From positions 1,344,001 through 1,408,000 of the forward strand of contig CAWFQB010000001.1 of assembly GCA_963817895.1 (NCBI GenBank): DNA of 64,000 bases, written 5' to 3'. This document shows, in pieces, positions 21,057 through 30,710 of the stretch. Origin of the DNA: an uncultured Chthonomonadaceae bacterium. Its GTDB lineage: Bacteria > Armatimonadota > Chthonomonadetes > Chthonomonadales > Chthonomonadaceae. The notes under the pieces were generated by a model that ran no database searches, was not told where the DNA came from, and worked only from the letters and a program-made list of their open reading frames with translations. How positions within the stretch are numbered: the stretch's first letter is position 1; each line of letters opens with the position of its first letter. A program made the translations under genes and the position numbers.

Positions 21057-21343
21057 TCCGCCTCCGGGTACAACAGACGCGCCCCGGCTTCTTTGCGCGG
21101 GAGGTTCATGTTGCGCTTGAACTCGCGCCACTCTTCCTCGGCAGCGCGAATTTCTTCGGGATCGTCGGTGGCGTCTTCCTCCAGCCAGGCCTTCATCAGC
21201 GCCATTGTAGGGGTTTGCTTCTGCGGTTCAAACACCCTTAATTCCAGCTCGGATGTTTTTGGAATCTCGCTGCTGTGAGCCAAGAGTTCATCCCACGTTC
21301 CCCGATATGTTTTACTCGCTTGCTGTACGTCTAACTGTGCCAT
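21053..21343 (-). CDS. Putative antitoxin
   Basis: AGGAGGT RBS; ATGA overlap with the PIN gene. Confidence 0.7.
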   Translation of the reverse strand: MAQLDVQQASKTYRGTWDELLAHSSEIPKTSELELRVFEPQKQTPTMALMKAWLEEDATDDPEEIRAAEEEWREFKRNMNLPRKEAGARLLYPEAE

Positions 21344-21586
21344 GTGCCTTACCTCCTGCGCCTGCAATGTATTTCCATTATAGCATACGTATGCGGGAAC
21401 GATTTTTGATGGTATTGCGTGAACCGGTAAAATATCAAACAGGGAGAAGCGAAATGGAACAGCAAATCCGAGACGCGCTTACGTCAGCCTTTGCCGGGGC
21501 GCAAGTGGAGTTGGAAACGTCACCCGATGGCCGGTATTCGGGTCTGCTGATGTCAACTACCGCCCCCTAAAGAGGGCGGCTTGTCC

Positions 21587-22701
21587 CTACGTGGAAGCGA
21601 ATGCTTCTTTGCGGAACATTAGGGCGGGTGACAATTCGCCCCGTGCTTTGAGGTTCAGCGCGGCATTGACATCCGCGTTGGCCTCCAAGCCACAGCATTG
21701 ACAACAAAAACGCTCCTGCGATGTACGGTTGGCCCGTTCACAATGCCCACAGGCGGAACAGGTCTGCGACGAATAGCGCGGGTCTACTGCAATCAGAGTG
21801 ACGCCAGCGCGCTTCGCTTTGTAGTGCAGGAAGGTTTTGAGTTGTAAAAATGCCCAGTTATTCAGTTCGGTTCGCATGACTCGATTCAAGCCGTTTACTC
21901 TCTGTCGTATCCCCGTAAGGACTTCACAGGCGAGTGCCTTCTGTCGGTCTAGTGCCAGTTGAACCAGATGCTTGCTGATGATGTGATTGGTGTCTTTAAC
22001 GAAGCGGCTTTCCTTGCGCCGCGCCTTTTGCAGATGTTTGCGGGCGGAACGCGTCTTCCTGGATTGAAGGAGTTGGCGCAGGCGGCGGTACTTGCGGCGC
22101 ACTTTCTGAACGGGTTCACCCGTATACTGATGGCCCTCGCTGTCGGTCGCCACGTTGACGATGCCCAAGTCTATACCGACCACGCCAACAGGCGTGAAGA
22201 CTTCGGCCTCTTCTACCGTGATCGCGCAGGACAAGTAGAACGCCCCGTCGCGCAGGAGTAAGTCGCTCTGCCCTTTTTGCCTTGCAGGAGTTCCTTCTGA
22301 GCCGCAGAGCAAACGAACGGGAGGTGTAAACGCCCCTGCACGGTGTTGAGGCTGACGGTCTGGGTGTCTACCTTCCACGTCAGCAAGTCTTTGTCTAACT
22401 CGATGCCGCCAAGCGCAGAGAACGCGCGCTGAACCTTCGTATCGAGTTTGTCGGACGTGGCAGACTTGTAGGCGTGAGCGACTTTGGCGATAGCGCGAAC
22501 GACATGGTTCGCGTTAAGGTTCGTTTCGGCCTTGACAGGATGGTAAACAAGGGCATGAAGGTCATACTGGCGAAACGTGCCTGTCGTAAAAGCCGTTGCG
22601 CTGATGGCGTCACACGCCGCGTTGCACGTCCGCAGGGTATCTACCAGAGCGGCGTGTTGGTCCGGTGTCGTATTCAGTTTTACGGTGACAGTGAGTTGCA
22701 T
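21587..22701 (-). CDS. tnpB: TnpB RNA-guided nuclease; frameshift near 22275
   Basis: GIDLG, ACE, SQTCSACG, CQCCG, NADVNAALN (RuvC D/E/D and Zn finger). Confidence 0.9.
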
Positions 22702-22770
22702 GACAAAAGCGGAACTTCCGGTAGACGTGACAGTTATCTACGCCGCCGCGCCTGACCAAAAGCGGAAAGC

Positions 22771-23175
22771 CTATTCACGGGTTTTTTGTTCTTCGATGTA
22801 CTTTTTGATGACTTCGGCGGACACATGCCCCGCACTTCCGACATAGTAACTTCGGCTCCACAGGCACGGCAGAGTGCTTTTCAAATGCGGGAACTCCTGC
22901 CGCAGTATGCGGGAAGTATAGCCTTTGAACTGGTTGGCATAGTGCTGTGGGGCGTCCGTTGGTGGGACGGCAACAAACAGATGAACATGGTCTGGCATAA
23001 CTTCCAGCCCTTCAATCTCCACGTTCAGAGCCGTCGCTTTCTCATAAAGCAGTTCTTTGAGGCGTGTTTCTACAACGTCCACCAGTACGGGTTTGCGGTA
23101 CTTAGGACACTACACCAGATGTAAATACAGGTTGAAAACGCTCCCTGCGTTCTTGCGGTATCGGGTTTCATTCAT
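22771..23175 (-). pseudogene. tnpA: IS200 Y1 transposase with in-frame TAG
   Basis: HLV*CPKYRK (TAG at 23110-23112), PDHVHL, LWSRSYY, YIEEQK. Confidence 0.9.
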
Positions 23176-23551
23176 ACATCTATTCTACCGCAAAGTCATA
23201 CGTTTGTCAGATAACTAACACAAAAGGAGGAGTGCAAGGGGTTTAGACGACATTGCGGCTGATACCGCAATTCTGAAAAGGAAGACAATTCCCCGTGTCG
23301 CCTAAAGGCGACAGTCCCCTTGTCTTATTTCTGATGGGAAGTGTTCTACGGATGAGGATTCGATAAAGCGGCATCAGCAGGTACGGCAAGTTCTCACGGC
23401 GGCGTTGAATGGCGGGGCGGCAAACGTCGGCATGTTGTTCACTTACACGCCGGGAGAAATGGCAGCGATGCGCGCCGCCTAAAGGCTGGTAAATCATGTC
23501 GCCAAGCGCGTAGGGCGTAGCAGATGCTTCGCTATCAAAAATGCAGCAAGT

Positions 23552-24265
23552 CTACTTATCACATGCCTCGGCAAGAACGCTTACCAGATAGTTTGTGGTG
23601 GCCTTCGCGTAATATGTATAGTGACGTTCAGAAACGACGAATACATCTTCGCCCTTTATGGTGCAACGACGTACCATGTTGCTTGTGCCAAAAGTACCAA
23701 CGGTTTGACACTGTACGTTGAAATCATTGTGTAGAGTCTCGTTGAAATACCGCGCGGCATCATTACCAAAACAGATGAAAATACGGCATCCGTCTCTCAC
23801 CAGACCAATGATCTCGTTTGTAAGGTACTGGCGAAAAAGATTTGTCAGATGTGGACAATTCTTCAGTAACTTGTTCATTTGGTTTGCCTTAGTGAACTCA
23901 GACCTTGGCGGATAAACCTTGACGAAATTTGTGAAGTAGAACGCGCCGCTTGCCAGTTCAGGTACGCCTGACCTATATTTCTCTATAACAGGAGGCAACT
24001 TCTCGACTAACGATTTGTGTTCTCGGCAAGCCACCACCATTGGATTTGGATTAGCAAAAAACTCACGGAAATCCACATCAGCAAAGCCATTAATGGCTAT
24101 CAGCGCTGCCCGAATAGGATGATGTGTGTCAGTTGTGATGGGCTTGAAAATTCCCTGACGTTCTTGGGCTTCCATGTGCAGGCTTTGTAAGTCTTCAGGG
24201 GAAATGGATTGAAAAACGTCTGTCTTGTTCTTGTTGAAATATTTGTTGCAGTCAAAGACTTCCAT
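23552..24265 (-). CDS. AT-rich hypothetical protein, possible uracil-DNA glycosylase-like fold
   Basis: YFTNFVK, IFICFGNDA, C-terminal RHYT follow the UDG superfamily motif order. Confidence 0.5.
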   Translation of the reverse strand: MEVFDCNKYFNKNKTDVFQSISPEDLQSLHMEAQERQGIFKPITTDTHHPIRAALIAINGFADVDFREFFANPNPMVVACREHKSLVEKLPPVIEKYRSGVPELASGAFYFTNFVKVYPPRSEFTKANQMNKLLKNCPHLTNLFRQYLTNEIIGLVRDGCRIFICFGNDAARYFNETLHNDFNVQCQTVGTFGTSNMVRRCTIKGEDVFVVSERHYTYYAKATTNYLVSVLAEACDK

Positions 24266-24313
24266 CTTCCCTTTCCTTCCGGCTCAACGCGCCTGCACAT
24301 TTCATTGGAACAA

Positions 24314-25348
24314 TTAATGCTTTGCGCTGACGTCGCAGAGGGCGTCAATGGCGCGTTCTGTGTCTTCCTCATCTACGTCCAGGTGCGTGACCCAGCGGAT
24401 GCGGTGAGGGGCGGTGGGGTTGCAGAGGATTTTGTGACGGGCTTCCAGTTGCTGCTTGATGTGGGCGGCGGGCTGTTGGGTGTTGAAGTAGACCATGTTG
24501 GTGGGAACGTCGGGCGAGTCGAGCGTGATGCCGGGGAGGTTGGCGATGCCTGCCGCCAGTTTGCGGGCGTTGGCATGGTCTTCCGCCAGTCGTTCGATGT
24601 TGTTGTCAAGCGCGTACAGGCCCGCTGCGGCGAGTATTCCCACCTGCCGCATCCCGCCACCGAGCATTTTGCGGACGCGCTTCGCTTTGTCTACGAACTC
24701 CTGTGAACCGCACAAGACGGAACCGACCGGGCAGCCGAGCGCTTTGGACAGGCAGAACGTGACCGTATCCGTACAGGCGGCGTATTCGGACGCGGGTACG
24801 CCCGTCGCCACTGCCGCGTTAAATAACCGCGCGCCGTCCAGATGCACTTTCAGGCCGTGTTCCTGCGCCCACTGCCATAGATGCCGATGCACCTCTAAGG
24901 GAATTACATACCCGCCCGCCCGGTTGTGCGTGTTTTCCAGGACGAGCAGGGTTGTGCCGGAACCGTGCAGGGATTCGGTGTGCAGGGAACCCGTGATTTC
25001 GTCCACGTCAGGAACGCCTTTGTGACTGTGGAATTGCCGGGTCAGGACGTGCGCAATCGTGGCGGGCAGTCCCACTTCGTACAGCATGGAATGGGCTTCC
25101 GCGTCCAGCAAAATTTCGTCGCCGGGTTTGGTATGGACTTTGATGGCGACCGCGTTACCCATTGTGCCGCTTGGAACGAATAGTCCGGCTTCCTTGCCCA
25201 TGAAATGCGCGGCCCGCTCCTGCAAGCGGTTGACAGTGGGATCGTCCTCGTACACGTCGTCACCCACCAATGCTCCGGCCATTGCCTGCCGCATCGCAAG
25301 GGTAGGCTTCGTGACCGTATCGCTGCGTAAATCTACAAACTCGCGCAT
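24314..25348 (-). CDS. ltaE: Low-specificity L-threonine aldolase
   Basis: [46 protein letters not shown]. Confidence 0.95.
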   Translation of the reverse strand: MREFVDLRSDTVTKPTLAMRQAMAGALVGDDVYEDDPTVNRLQERAAHFMGKEAGLFVPSGTMGNAVAIKVHTKPGDEILLDAEAHSMLYEVGLPATIAHVLTRQFHSHKGVPDVDEITGSLHTESLHGSGTTLLVLENTHNRAGGYVIPLEVHRHLWQWAQEHGLKVHLDGARLFNAAVATGVPASEYAACTDTVTFCLSKALGCPVGSVLCGSQEFVDKAKRVRKMLGGGMRQVGILAAAGLYALDNNIERLAEDHANARKLAAGIANLPGITLDSPDVPTNMVYFNTQQPAAHIKQQLEARHKILCNPTAPHRIRWVTHLDVDEEDTERAIDALCDVSAKH

Positions 25349-25451
25349 AATTTAACTCCAATGCGGATATTCACCACCCGCTGCGCTAGAGGCACAGAGA
25401 CACAGAGAGGGAACATAGAGAAAGAACAAGAGAAAAAACAGCCCGGGTGGT

Positions 25452-26273
25452 TTATTCTGTTTCTGCGATGAATTTCCAGTGAGCCAGCAGATTCGCTTCT
25501 ACACACGTCATGGGGAATCTTACTGACAGGCGCAGGGCAGGGGCCGTGAAACTGCCTCTGCCGATGAGATAGGCGCGGGTGGCGTTCGTTTGCTGCCGCG
25601 CGTGTTCCAGACGTTCCACGTCGGCAACGCCAATGGCAGCCGCGTCTTCTGCGAATAGCGCCAGTTCGAGGCTGTTGTCGGGCAGGCGCAGCAGGCGCAG
25701 AGTGTCATCGTTGAAAACAGTCTCTTTTTGCAGAGGCAGGCCGCGCATGGCAAAAATATGCTCGGCTTCGGCGCGAAACGCAACGGCATCCAGAGATTGC
25801 AGGCGTGACGTTTCCCGCATCACCTCTCGGAAATGGGCGTCCTGCTCCGCCATGTAGCGTATCGCGCGATCTATCTGCGCCTCATTTTCCGCATAATCTC
25901 GCTGCGCTTTATTTCGCCTCGCGTGTGCCTGAGTTGCTTTCCGCTGTTGCTGCTGATCCTTTTGTTCCGTCTGCCGCGCCTGCCGTCTTGCTTTTTTGAC
26001 GGCGTGTGCCTGCGCGCTTTGGGCAATGCGCTGCTGGTTACGCCAGATACGCGCCCAATGGTTTAGCTCCCACACGCAGCCCCCGACACTCAACAGAACG
26101 CACAACGCGCCCGCGCCCCGTGTTCCGGGGATCACGCCGATCAGCACTAGCAGGCCGATCAGCAACGCAATCAGCCAGCCCGGCAGCGCGAACAGCCGGG
26201 CATCGCGCTTACGGCTTGCCGCGCGCCCGGTTTTGTTGTGTTCCAACAGTTGTCGCGAAGAGAGTTCACTCAT
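25452..26273 (-). CDS. Membrane protein with coiled coil and degenerate Mrr-like C-terminal domain
   Basis: Two TM helices, Q/A/R-rich coil, IGVADVE..AYLIGRGSFTAPA resembling Mrr_cat. Confidence 0.5.
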   Translation of the reverse strand: MSELSSRQLLEHNKTGRAASRKRDARLFALPGWLIALLIGLLVLIGVIPGTRGAGALCVLLSVGGCVWELNHWARIWRNQQRIAQSAQAHAVKKARRQARQTEQKDQQQQRKATQAHARRNKAQRDYAENEAQIDRAIRYMAEQDAHFREVMRETSRLQSLDAVAFRAEAEHIFAMRGLPLQKETVFNDDTLRLLRLPDNSLELALFAEDAAAIGVADVERLEHARQQTNATRAYLIGRGSFTAPALRLSVRFPMTCVEANLLAHWKFIAETE

Positions 26274-26357
26274 AATAAACCGCGCTCAGACAGTGCCGGC
26301 AAAGGGGAGCAGTCCCGCCCAATACCGAACACCAAATAACCAGCACCGAACACCCTC

Positions 26358-27020
26358 CTACCGGAAGAAGCGGACGCCAACGCTTACGCCGTCCGTGTTG
26401 ATCTGGTGAATCTCATGGTTGACGCGATAGCCCGCGTAAAGCGTGAGATAGCGCAGGGGATACTCGACGCCCGCCGTGATACTGGGTACAAAGTTGGAGC
26501 GGTCAAAGTGTGGATTGGCCGTGATGGAACGCGCCCGTCCGACAAACAGGCCACCGGACACGAAGGGCGTCAGGCGATTGACGACGCGATGCGTGGATAC
26601 TTTGAAACCCGGTCCGATGAGATTGAACTCATTGCCGCCCTGAAATGGCAGAAAATGGTCGTTGGCAGAAACGATTTCCAGCCCGCCGGTGACATCAAAC
26701 AGCGGAAAGTGTTTGGGTTTGACGAAAATCTGCGTGTCGCCGTAGAACTTCGGCGTTCCCAGCGCGCGCGTCGCGGAACTGCTTGTGAAGTAGTAGCCGC
26801 CCACGCTGAAAAATCCCGCAACGGTGCGGACGAGCGGGCTGATAACCGACTGATTGCCACTCACGGTACTGCCGGGGGACGTGACATGGGCGAAAAGGTC
26901 TTCTTTGGCGGAAACCTCCTGCGCGAAAGCGGCAGGCGCAACGGCAAGCAGTGTCAGGGCGAAAGCGGACGCGAGCGCGCGATTGGAAAAGAGTTTGGAG
27001 TGTCCGAGTTGGGATTGCAT
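26358..27020 (-). CDS. Putative outer-membrane beta-barrel protein
   Basis: Signal peptide (AFA), amphipathic strands, terminal VSVGVRFF. Confidence 0.65.
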   Translation of the reverse strand: MQSQLGHSKLFSNRALASAFALTLLAVAPAAFAQEVSAKEDLFAHVTSPGSTVSGNQSVISPLVRTVAGFFSVGGYYFTSSSATRALGTPKFYGDTQIFVKPKHFPLFDVTGGLEIVSANDHFLPFQGGNEFNLIGPGFKVSTHRVVNRLTPFVSGGLFVGRARSITANPHFDRSNFVPSITAGVEYPLRYLTLYAGYRVNHEIHQINTDGVSVGVRFFR

Positions 27021-27369
27021 ACGACATAATCTCCTGATGAAGCTGGATAGAGCGTAAAACTTCCGGTCAGGCTGCGGCGCGGAAAAGTGGCGGAAGCGCG
27101 ACTGTTCGGAATCTCCCTTGATTGTGCCACAAAAGCCGGGAAAAGGCGAACGCTGGAGGTATATAATTAGGTAAGAAAAACGACTTCAAGCCGAAAAGCG
27201 CTCGCTCTGCCTGTTTTGAACCTGTCGCGCGGCTTGCTTTCTCGTTCCGATTTGGGGTACAGTAGAAAGGTTTGCGCGGCGTGGAAACAATCGCGCCGCG
27301 TCTGTCCCTGCGCCGATTCAAATACAGAGTTAAATTGAGCGGCACGGCACACAATTCGCGGCGAACTAC

Positions 27370-27565
27370 AAACACACTGGACGCGGAACAGTCGGCGGGT
27401 GAGAAAACGCGATTTTCTTAACCGGCTTATCGCAACGCGACAGGAGGAGCTTTCTTAGAGGAAAAAGGAAAAAGGAAAAAGGAAAAAGTATCCAATCCGG
27501 TACTTTCTCCTTTCTCCCTTCTCCTTTTTCCTTGCCGGAGGCAAAAACCCAACGGAGGAACGAGA
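27370..27565 (+). promoter_or_regulatory. Probable rpsB (S2/t44-like) leader RNA containing a heptamer-repeat hairpin
   Basis: AACACAC, GGGTG and GGAGGCAAAAACCC elements before rpsB resemble known S2 leaders. Confidence 0.5.
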
Positions 27566-28480
27566 GTGGCATCCCTTTCGATGAAAGAATTGTTGGAAGC
27601 GGGCGTTCACTTCGGGCATCAGACCCGGAGATGGAACCCCAAAATGAAGCGCTACATTTATGGCGCGCGCAACGGAATTTATATCGTTGACCTGCATCAG
27701 ACGTTGAAACTGTTCGATGAGGCGCAGCGGTTCGTGCAGGAAGTGGTTGCGGACGGCGGCACCGTGCTGTTCGTGGGAACCAAAAAGCAGGCGCAGGACG
27801 CGATTTCCGAGTCGGCGTCGCGCTGCCGCCAGTATTTCGTCAATCAGCGCTGGCTGGGCGGGATGCTGACCAACTACACGACGATTCGCGGACGCATCAA
27901 GCGGCTTGCGGAACTCAACGAGATGCAGGCCAATGGCACGTTCGACCGCCTGACCAAAAAGGAAGCGGCCCTGCTGACGGAACAGCGCGATAAACTGGAG
28001 CGGTATCTGGGCGGCATCAAAGAGATGCCCCGTCTGCCGGACTGCCTGATTATCGTGGACTGCAAAAAAGAGCATCTGGCGATTGCGGAAGCGCGGCGTC
28101 TGGAAATCCCAATTGTCGCGCTCGTGGATACCAACTGCGACCCAGATGAGATTGACTACGTGATTCCCGGCAACGACGACGCCATTCGCGCCATCAAACT
28201 GGTTGCGGGCAAACTGGCCGATGCCATTGCCGAAATCAAGCAGGCCGAATGGGACGCGGAAGAGGACGCGCGACTGGCTTCCCTACCGCCTTCCGAAGAG
28301 GAAGCGCCCGAAAAGCCGGACGTGGACGCGCTGTTCGCCGAGCCGACGATTGTACCCCCGCTGGATTTGCCCGCCCCGCCTGCGGATGGCGATTTTGTCT
28401 TCCAGCCCGGCGCTGAAGACGAATATTCCCGCATGGGCGCGGGCGACGATCTGGAGCCGATTGCGACGGTAGAACGTTAG
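27566..28480 (+). CDS. rpsB: 30S ribosomal protein S2
   Basis: [41 protein letters not shown]. Confidence 0.99.
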   Translation: MASLSMKELLEAGVHFGHQTRRWNPKMKRYIYGARNGIYIVDLHQTLKLFDEAQRFVQEVVADGGTVLFVGTKKQAQDAISESASRCRQYFVNQRWLGGMLTNYTTIRGRIKRLAELNEMQANGTFDRLTKKEAALLTEQRDKLERYLGGIKEMPRLPDCLIIVDCKKEHLAIAEARRLEIPIVALVDTNCDPDEIDYVIPGNDDAIRAIKLVAGKLADAIAEIKQAEWDAEEDARLASLPPSEEEAPEKPDVDALFAEPTIVPPLDLPAPPADGDFVFQPGAEDEYSRMGAGDDLEPIATVER

Positions 28481-28606
28481 TGGTTGGTGATTGGTGGCTG
28501 GTGGTTGGTTCTCCTGCTGTAACTTATTGTTGTATATAGTTGTCTTGTGATTGGCACAGGCAGGGAGTGGCGGCAACCAGTCACCAACCACCAACCACCA
28601 ACCACC
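28480..28606. repeat. Inverted heptamer repeat arms (TGGTTGG)n/(CCAACCA)n between rpsB and tsf
   Basis: Arms at about 28481-28510 and 28576-28605 are complementary. Confidence 0.75.
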
Positions 28607-28626
28607 GCATTTGAAAGGTTAAAACA

Positions 28627-29544
28627 ATGGCAGAGATTTCGGCGAAGGCCGTGATGGAACTGCGCGAGCGCACGGGCGCGGGCATGATGGACTGTAAGGC
28701 CGCGCTGAAGGAAGCCAACGGCGATTCCGAAGAGGCGATCAAGGCGCTGCGCATCAAGATGGGCAACAAGCTGACCAACCGGGGCGAACGGGCGGCGGCG
28801 GAAGGCATTATCGCGGTCGTGGTTCTGGACAATCAGGACGCGGCTATTATCGAACTGAATTCGGAAACCGATTTCGTGGCGCGAAGCGATGACTTCAAGG
28901 CGCTGGCGAAGGAACTGGCCGAGCAGGTCGCTCGCGGCAAAGGGCATAGCGTGGAAACCGTGCTGACGCAGGAATCCCATACGCAACCCGGCGTGACCGT
29001 GCAGGAGCGACTGAACGACGTGTTTACCAAACTGCGCGAAAACATCATTTTCAAGCGGTTCGAGTTTATTTCGACGGCGGAAAACGGCGCGGTTGCCGGC
29101 TATGTGCATCTGGCGGCAGCGGACAAACTCGGCGTTCTGGTGGAAGTGGAAGCGGGTTCGCCCGAAGCCGCAAAGAGCGACGCGGTTCTGAATCTGGCGA
29201 AAGAACTCGCCATGCAGATCGCCGCCTCCAAACCGCGCTACACGACCCGCGAGGAAGTTCCCGCGAATATTCTGGATACGGAGCGCGAAATTGCCCGCAC
29301 GACCGCGCAGAACGAGGGCAAGCCGGAAGCCGCGATGGATAAAATCGTGGAGGGCCGCGTTCGCAAGTTCTACGAGGACGCGGTTCTGATGGATCAGCCG
29401 TATCTGCGCGAACCAAAGAAAACCGTGTCGCAGATCATCAAAGAGGCCGGCGCGGGCGTCACTCTAAAGCGGTTTGTGCGCTATGAGGTCGGTCAGGTTG
29501 TGGGCGTGGAAACCAGTGGCGACATCAAGGCGACGGTGGAATAA
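28627..29544 (+). CDS. tsf: Elongation factor Ts
   Basis: LRERTGAGMMDCK, ELNSETDFVA, KRFVRYEVG. Confidence 0.99.
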   Translation: MAEISAKAVMELRERTGAGMMDCKAALKEANGDSEEAIKALRIKMGNKLTNRGERAAAEGIIAVVVLDNQDAAIIELNSETDFVARSDDFKALAKELAEQVARGKGHSVETVLTQESHTQPGVTVQERLNDVFTKLRENIIFKRFEFISTAENGAVAGYVHLAAADKLGVLVEVEAGSPEAAKSDAVLNLAKELAMQIAASKPRYTTREEVPANILDTEREIARTTAQNEGKPEAAMDKIVEGRVRKFYEDAVLMDQPYLREPKKTVSQIIKEAGAGVTLKRFVRYEVGQVVGVETSGDIKATVE

Positions 29545-29619
29545 TGGCTGATTCGGATGGTCAATCCGGCTCAACTTTTATTCAAGCGTTTTCCGTGAGA
29601 AACAACACCACATAACAGG

Positions 29620-29657
29620 AAGACGCTGGCGGAATCATTCCTGCCAGCGTCTTTTTG
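29620..29657 (+). terminator. Intrinsic terminator after tsf
   Basis: AAGACGCTGGC...GCCAGCGTCTTTTT. Confidence 0.7.
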
Positions 29658-29696
29658 CTGTCAGACAAGAAAAACGCAAACGTAAAGGAGAAGGAC

Positions 29697-30509
29697 ATGA
29701 GCGAAGATACAATTCAGAACGCAGACGCTGCCGAACAGCCGCGCAATTCCGGTTTACGGTGGAAGCGTGTGCTGCTGAAACTGTCGGGCGAGGCGTTTGC
29801 GGCGGAACATGGCGTGAATGAGAATGTGGCCCGTGAAATGGGCGCGGCCCCCCGCGTCGGGCTGAACTACGGGACGATTCGCGCCATTGCTTCGGAAGTG
29901 GTGCAGGCGCATCATCAGGGTGTGGAGATCGCCATTGTGATCGGGGCGGGCAATATCGTGCGGGGCGAACGGGCGGCGGAAGCGGGCATGGAGCGGGCGG
30001 CTGCGGATTACATGGGGATGCTTGGCACAGTCATCAACAGCATGGCGTTGCAGGACGCATTGGAAAAACAGGGCGTTCCCACGCGGGTTATGTCGGCCAT
30101 CGCTATGTCGGAAGTGGCGGAACCGTTTATCCGGCGGCGGGCGATTCGGCATCTGGAAAAGGGGCGCGTGGTTGTTCTGGCGGGCGGAACCGGCAATCCG
30201 TTTTTCACGACGGATACCGCTGCGGCACTGCGAGCGAACGAAATCCGGGCGGGCGCGGTGCTGAAAGCCACAAATGTGGACGGCGTTTACGACAAAGACC
30301 CGCGCAAATTCGCGGACGCGAAACGCCATACGCAGGTGACGTATGATGAGTGCATCAGCAACAACCTGCGCGTGATGGATCAGACCGCGTTCACGTTTTG
30401 CCGCGAGTACGATATTCCCATTGTGGTGTTTGATATTGCCCAAACCGGCAACATCCGCCGCGTCGTCACCGGGGACAACATCGGCACTCTGGTCAGCAGT
30501 GGCGCGTAG
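29697..30509 (+). CDS. pyrH: UMP kinase
   Basis: RVLLKLSGE, DYMGML, GTGNPFFTTD, VDGVYDKDP. Confidence 0.98.
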   Translation: MSEDTIQNADAAEQPRNSGLRWKRVLLKLSGEAFAAEHGVNENVAREMGAAPRVGLNYGTIRAIASEVVQAHHQGVEIAIVIGAGNIVRGERAAEAGMERAAADYMGMLGTVINSMALQDALEKQGVPTRVMSAIAMSEVAEPFIRRRAIRHLEKGRVVVLAGGTGNPFFTTDTAAALRANEIRAGAVLKATNVDGVYDKDPRKFADAKRHTQVTYDECISNNLRVMDQTAFTFCREYDIPIVVFDIAQTGNIRRVVTGDNIGTLVSSGA

Positions 30510-30710
30510 TTTCCTTCACCACAGGAACACCCCACACAGAGGAATCATAGAGGACATAAGAAACGATGTAGATTTACGATTCCGAAATCACCTGCGTAAT
30601 GGACCCTGCGCGTAACCATGATTTTAAGCGGCGTGATTACCGCTGCCCTGTTCCAAACCAGCTGGTGGAAGAGAATCAAAGTTTAGAAAGATTCGTCAGG
30701 AAAGAGATTT

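Larger units (their letters stand above)
21552..23326 (-). mobile_element. IS200/IS605-family element (tnpA + tnpB)
   Basis: Subterminal hairpins at both ends (GTCGCC-TAAA-GGCGAC; CCGCCC.CTAAAG.GGGCGG); right end ...TAGTTGAC. Confidence 0.9.
21454..23482 (+). pseudogene. Small BolA-like gene split by the IS200/IS605 element
   Basis: MEQQIRDALTSAFAGAQVELE..GRYSGLL left of the IS; DEDSIKRHQQVRQVL..GMLFTYTPGEM..AA* right of it. Confidence 0.55.

Noticed and set aside
25370..25440. CACAGAG-type repeats (also 30515-30560) and heptamer tracts at 26322-26355 and 39960-40020
   Set aside because: Common intergenic short repeats with no extra structure evident
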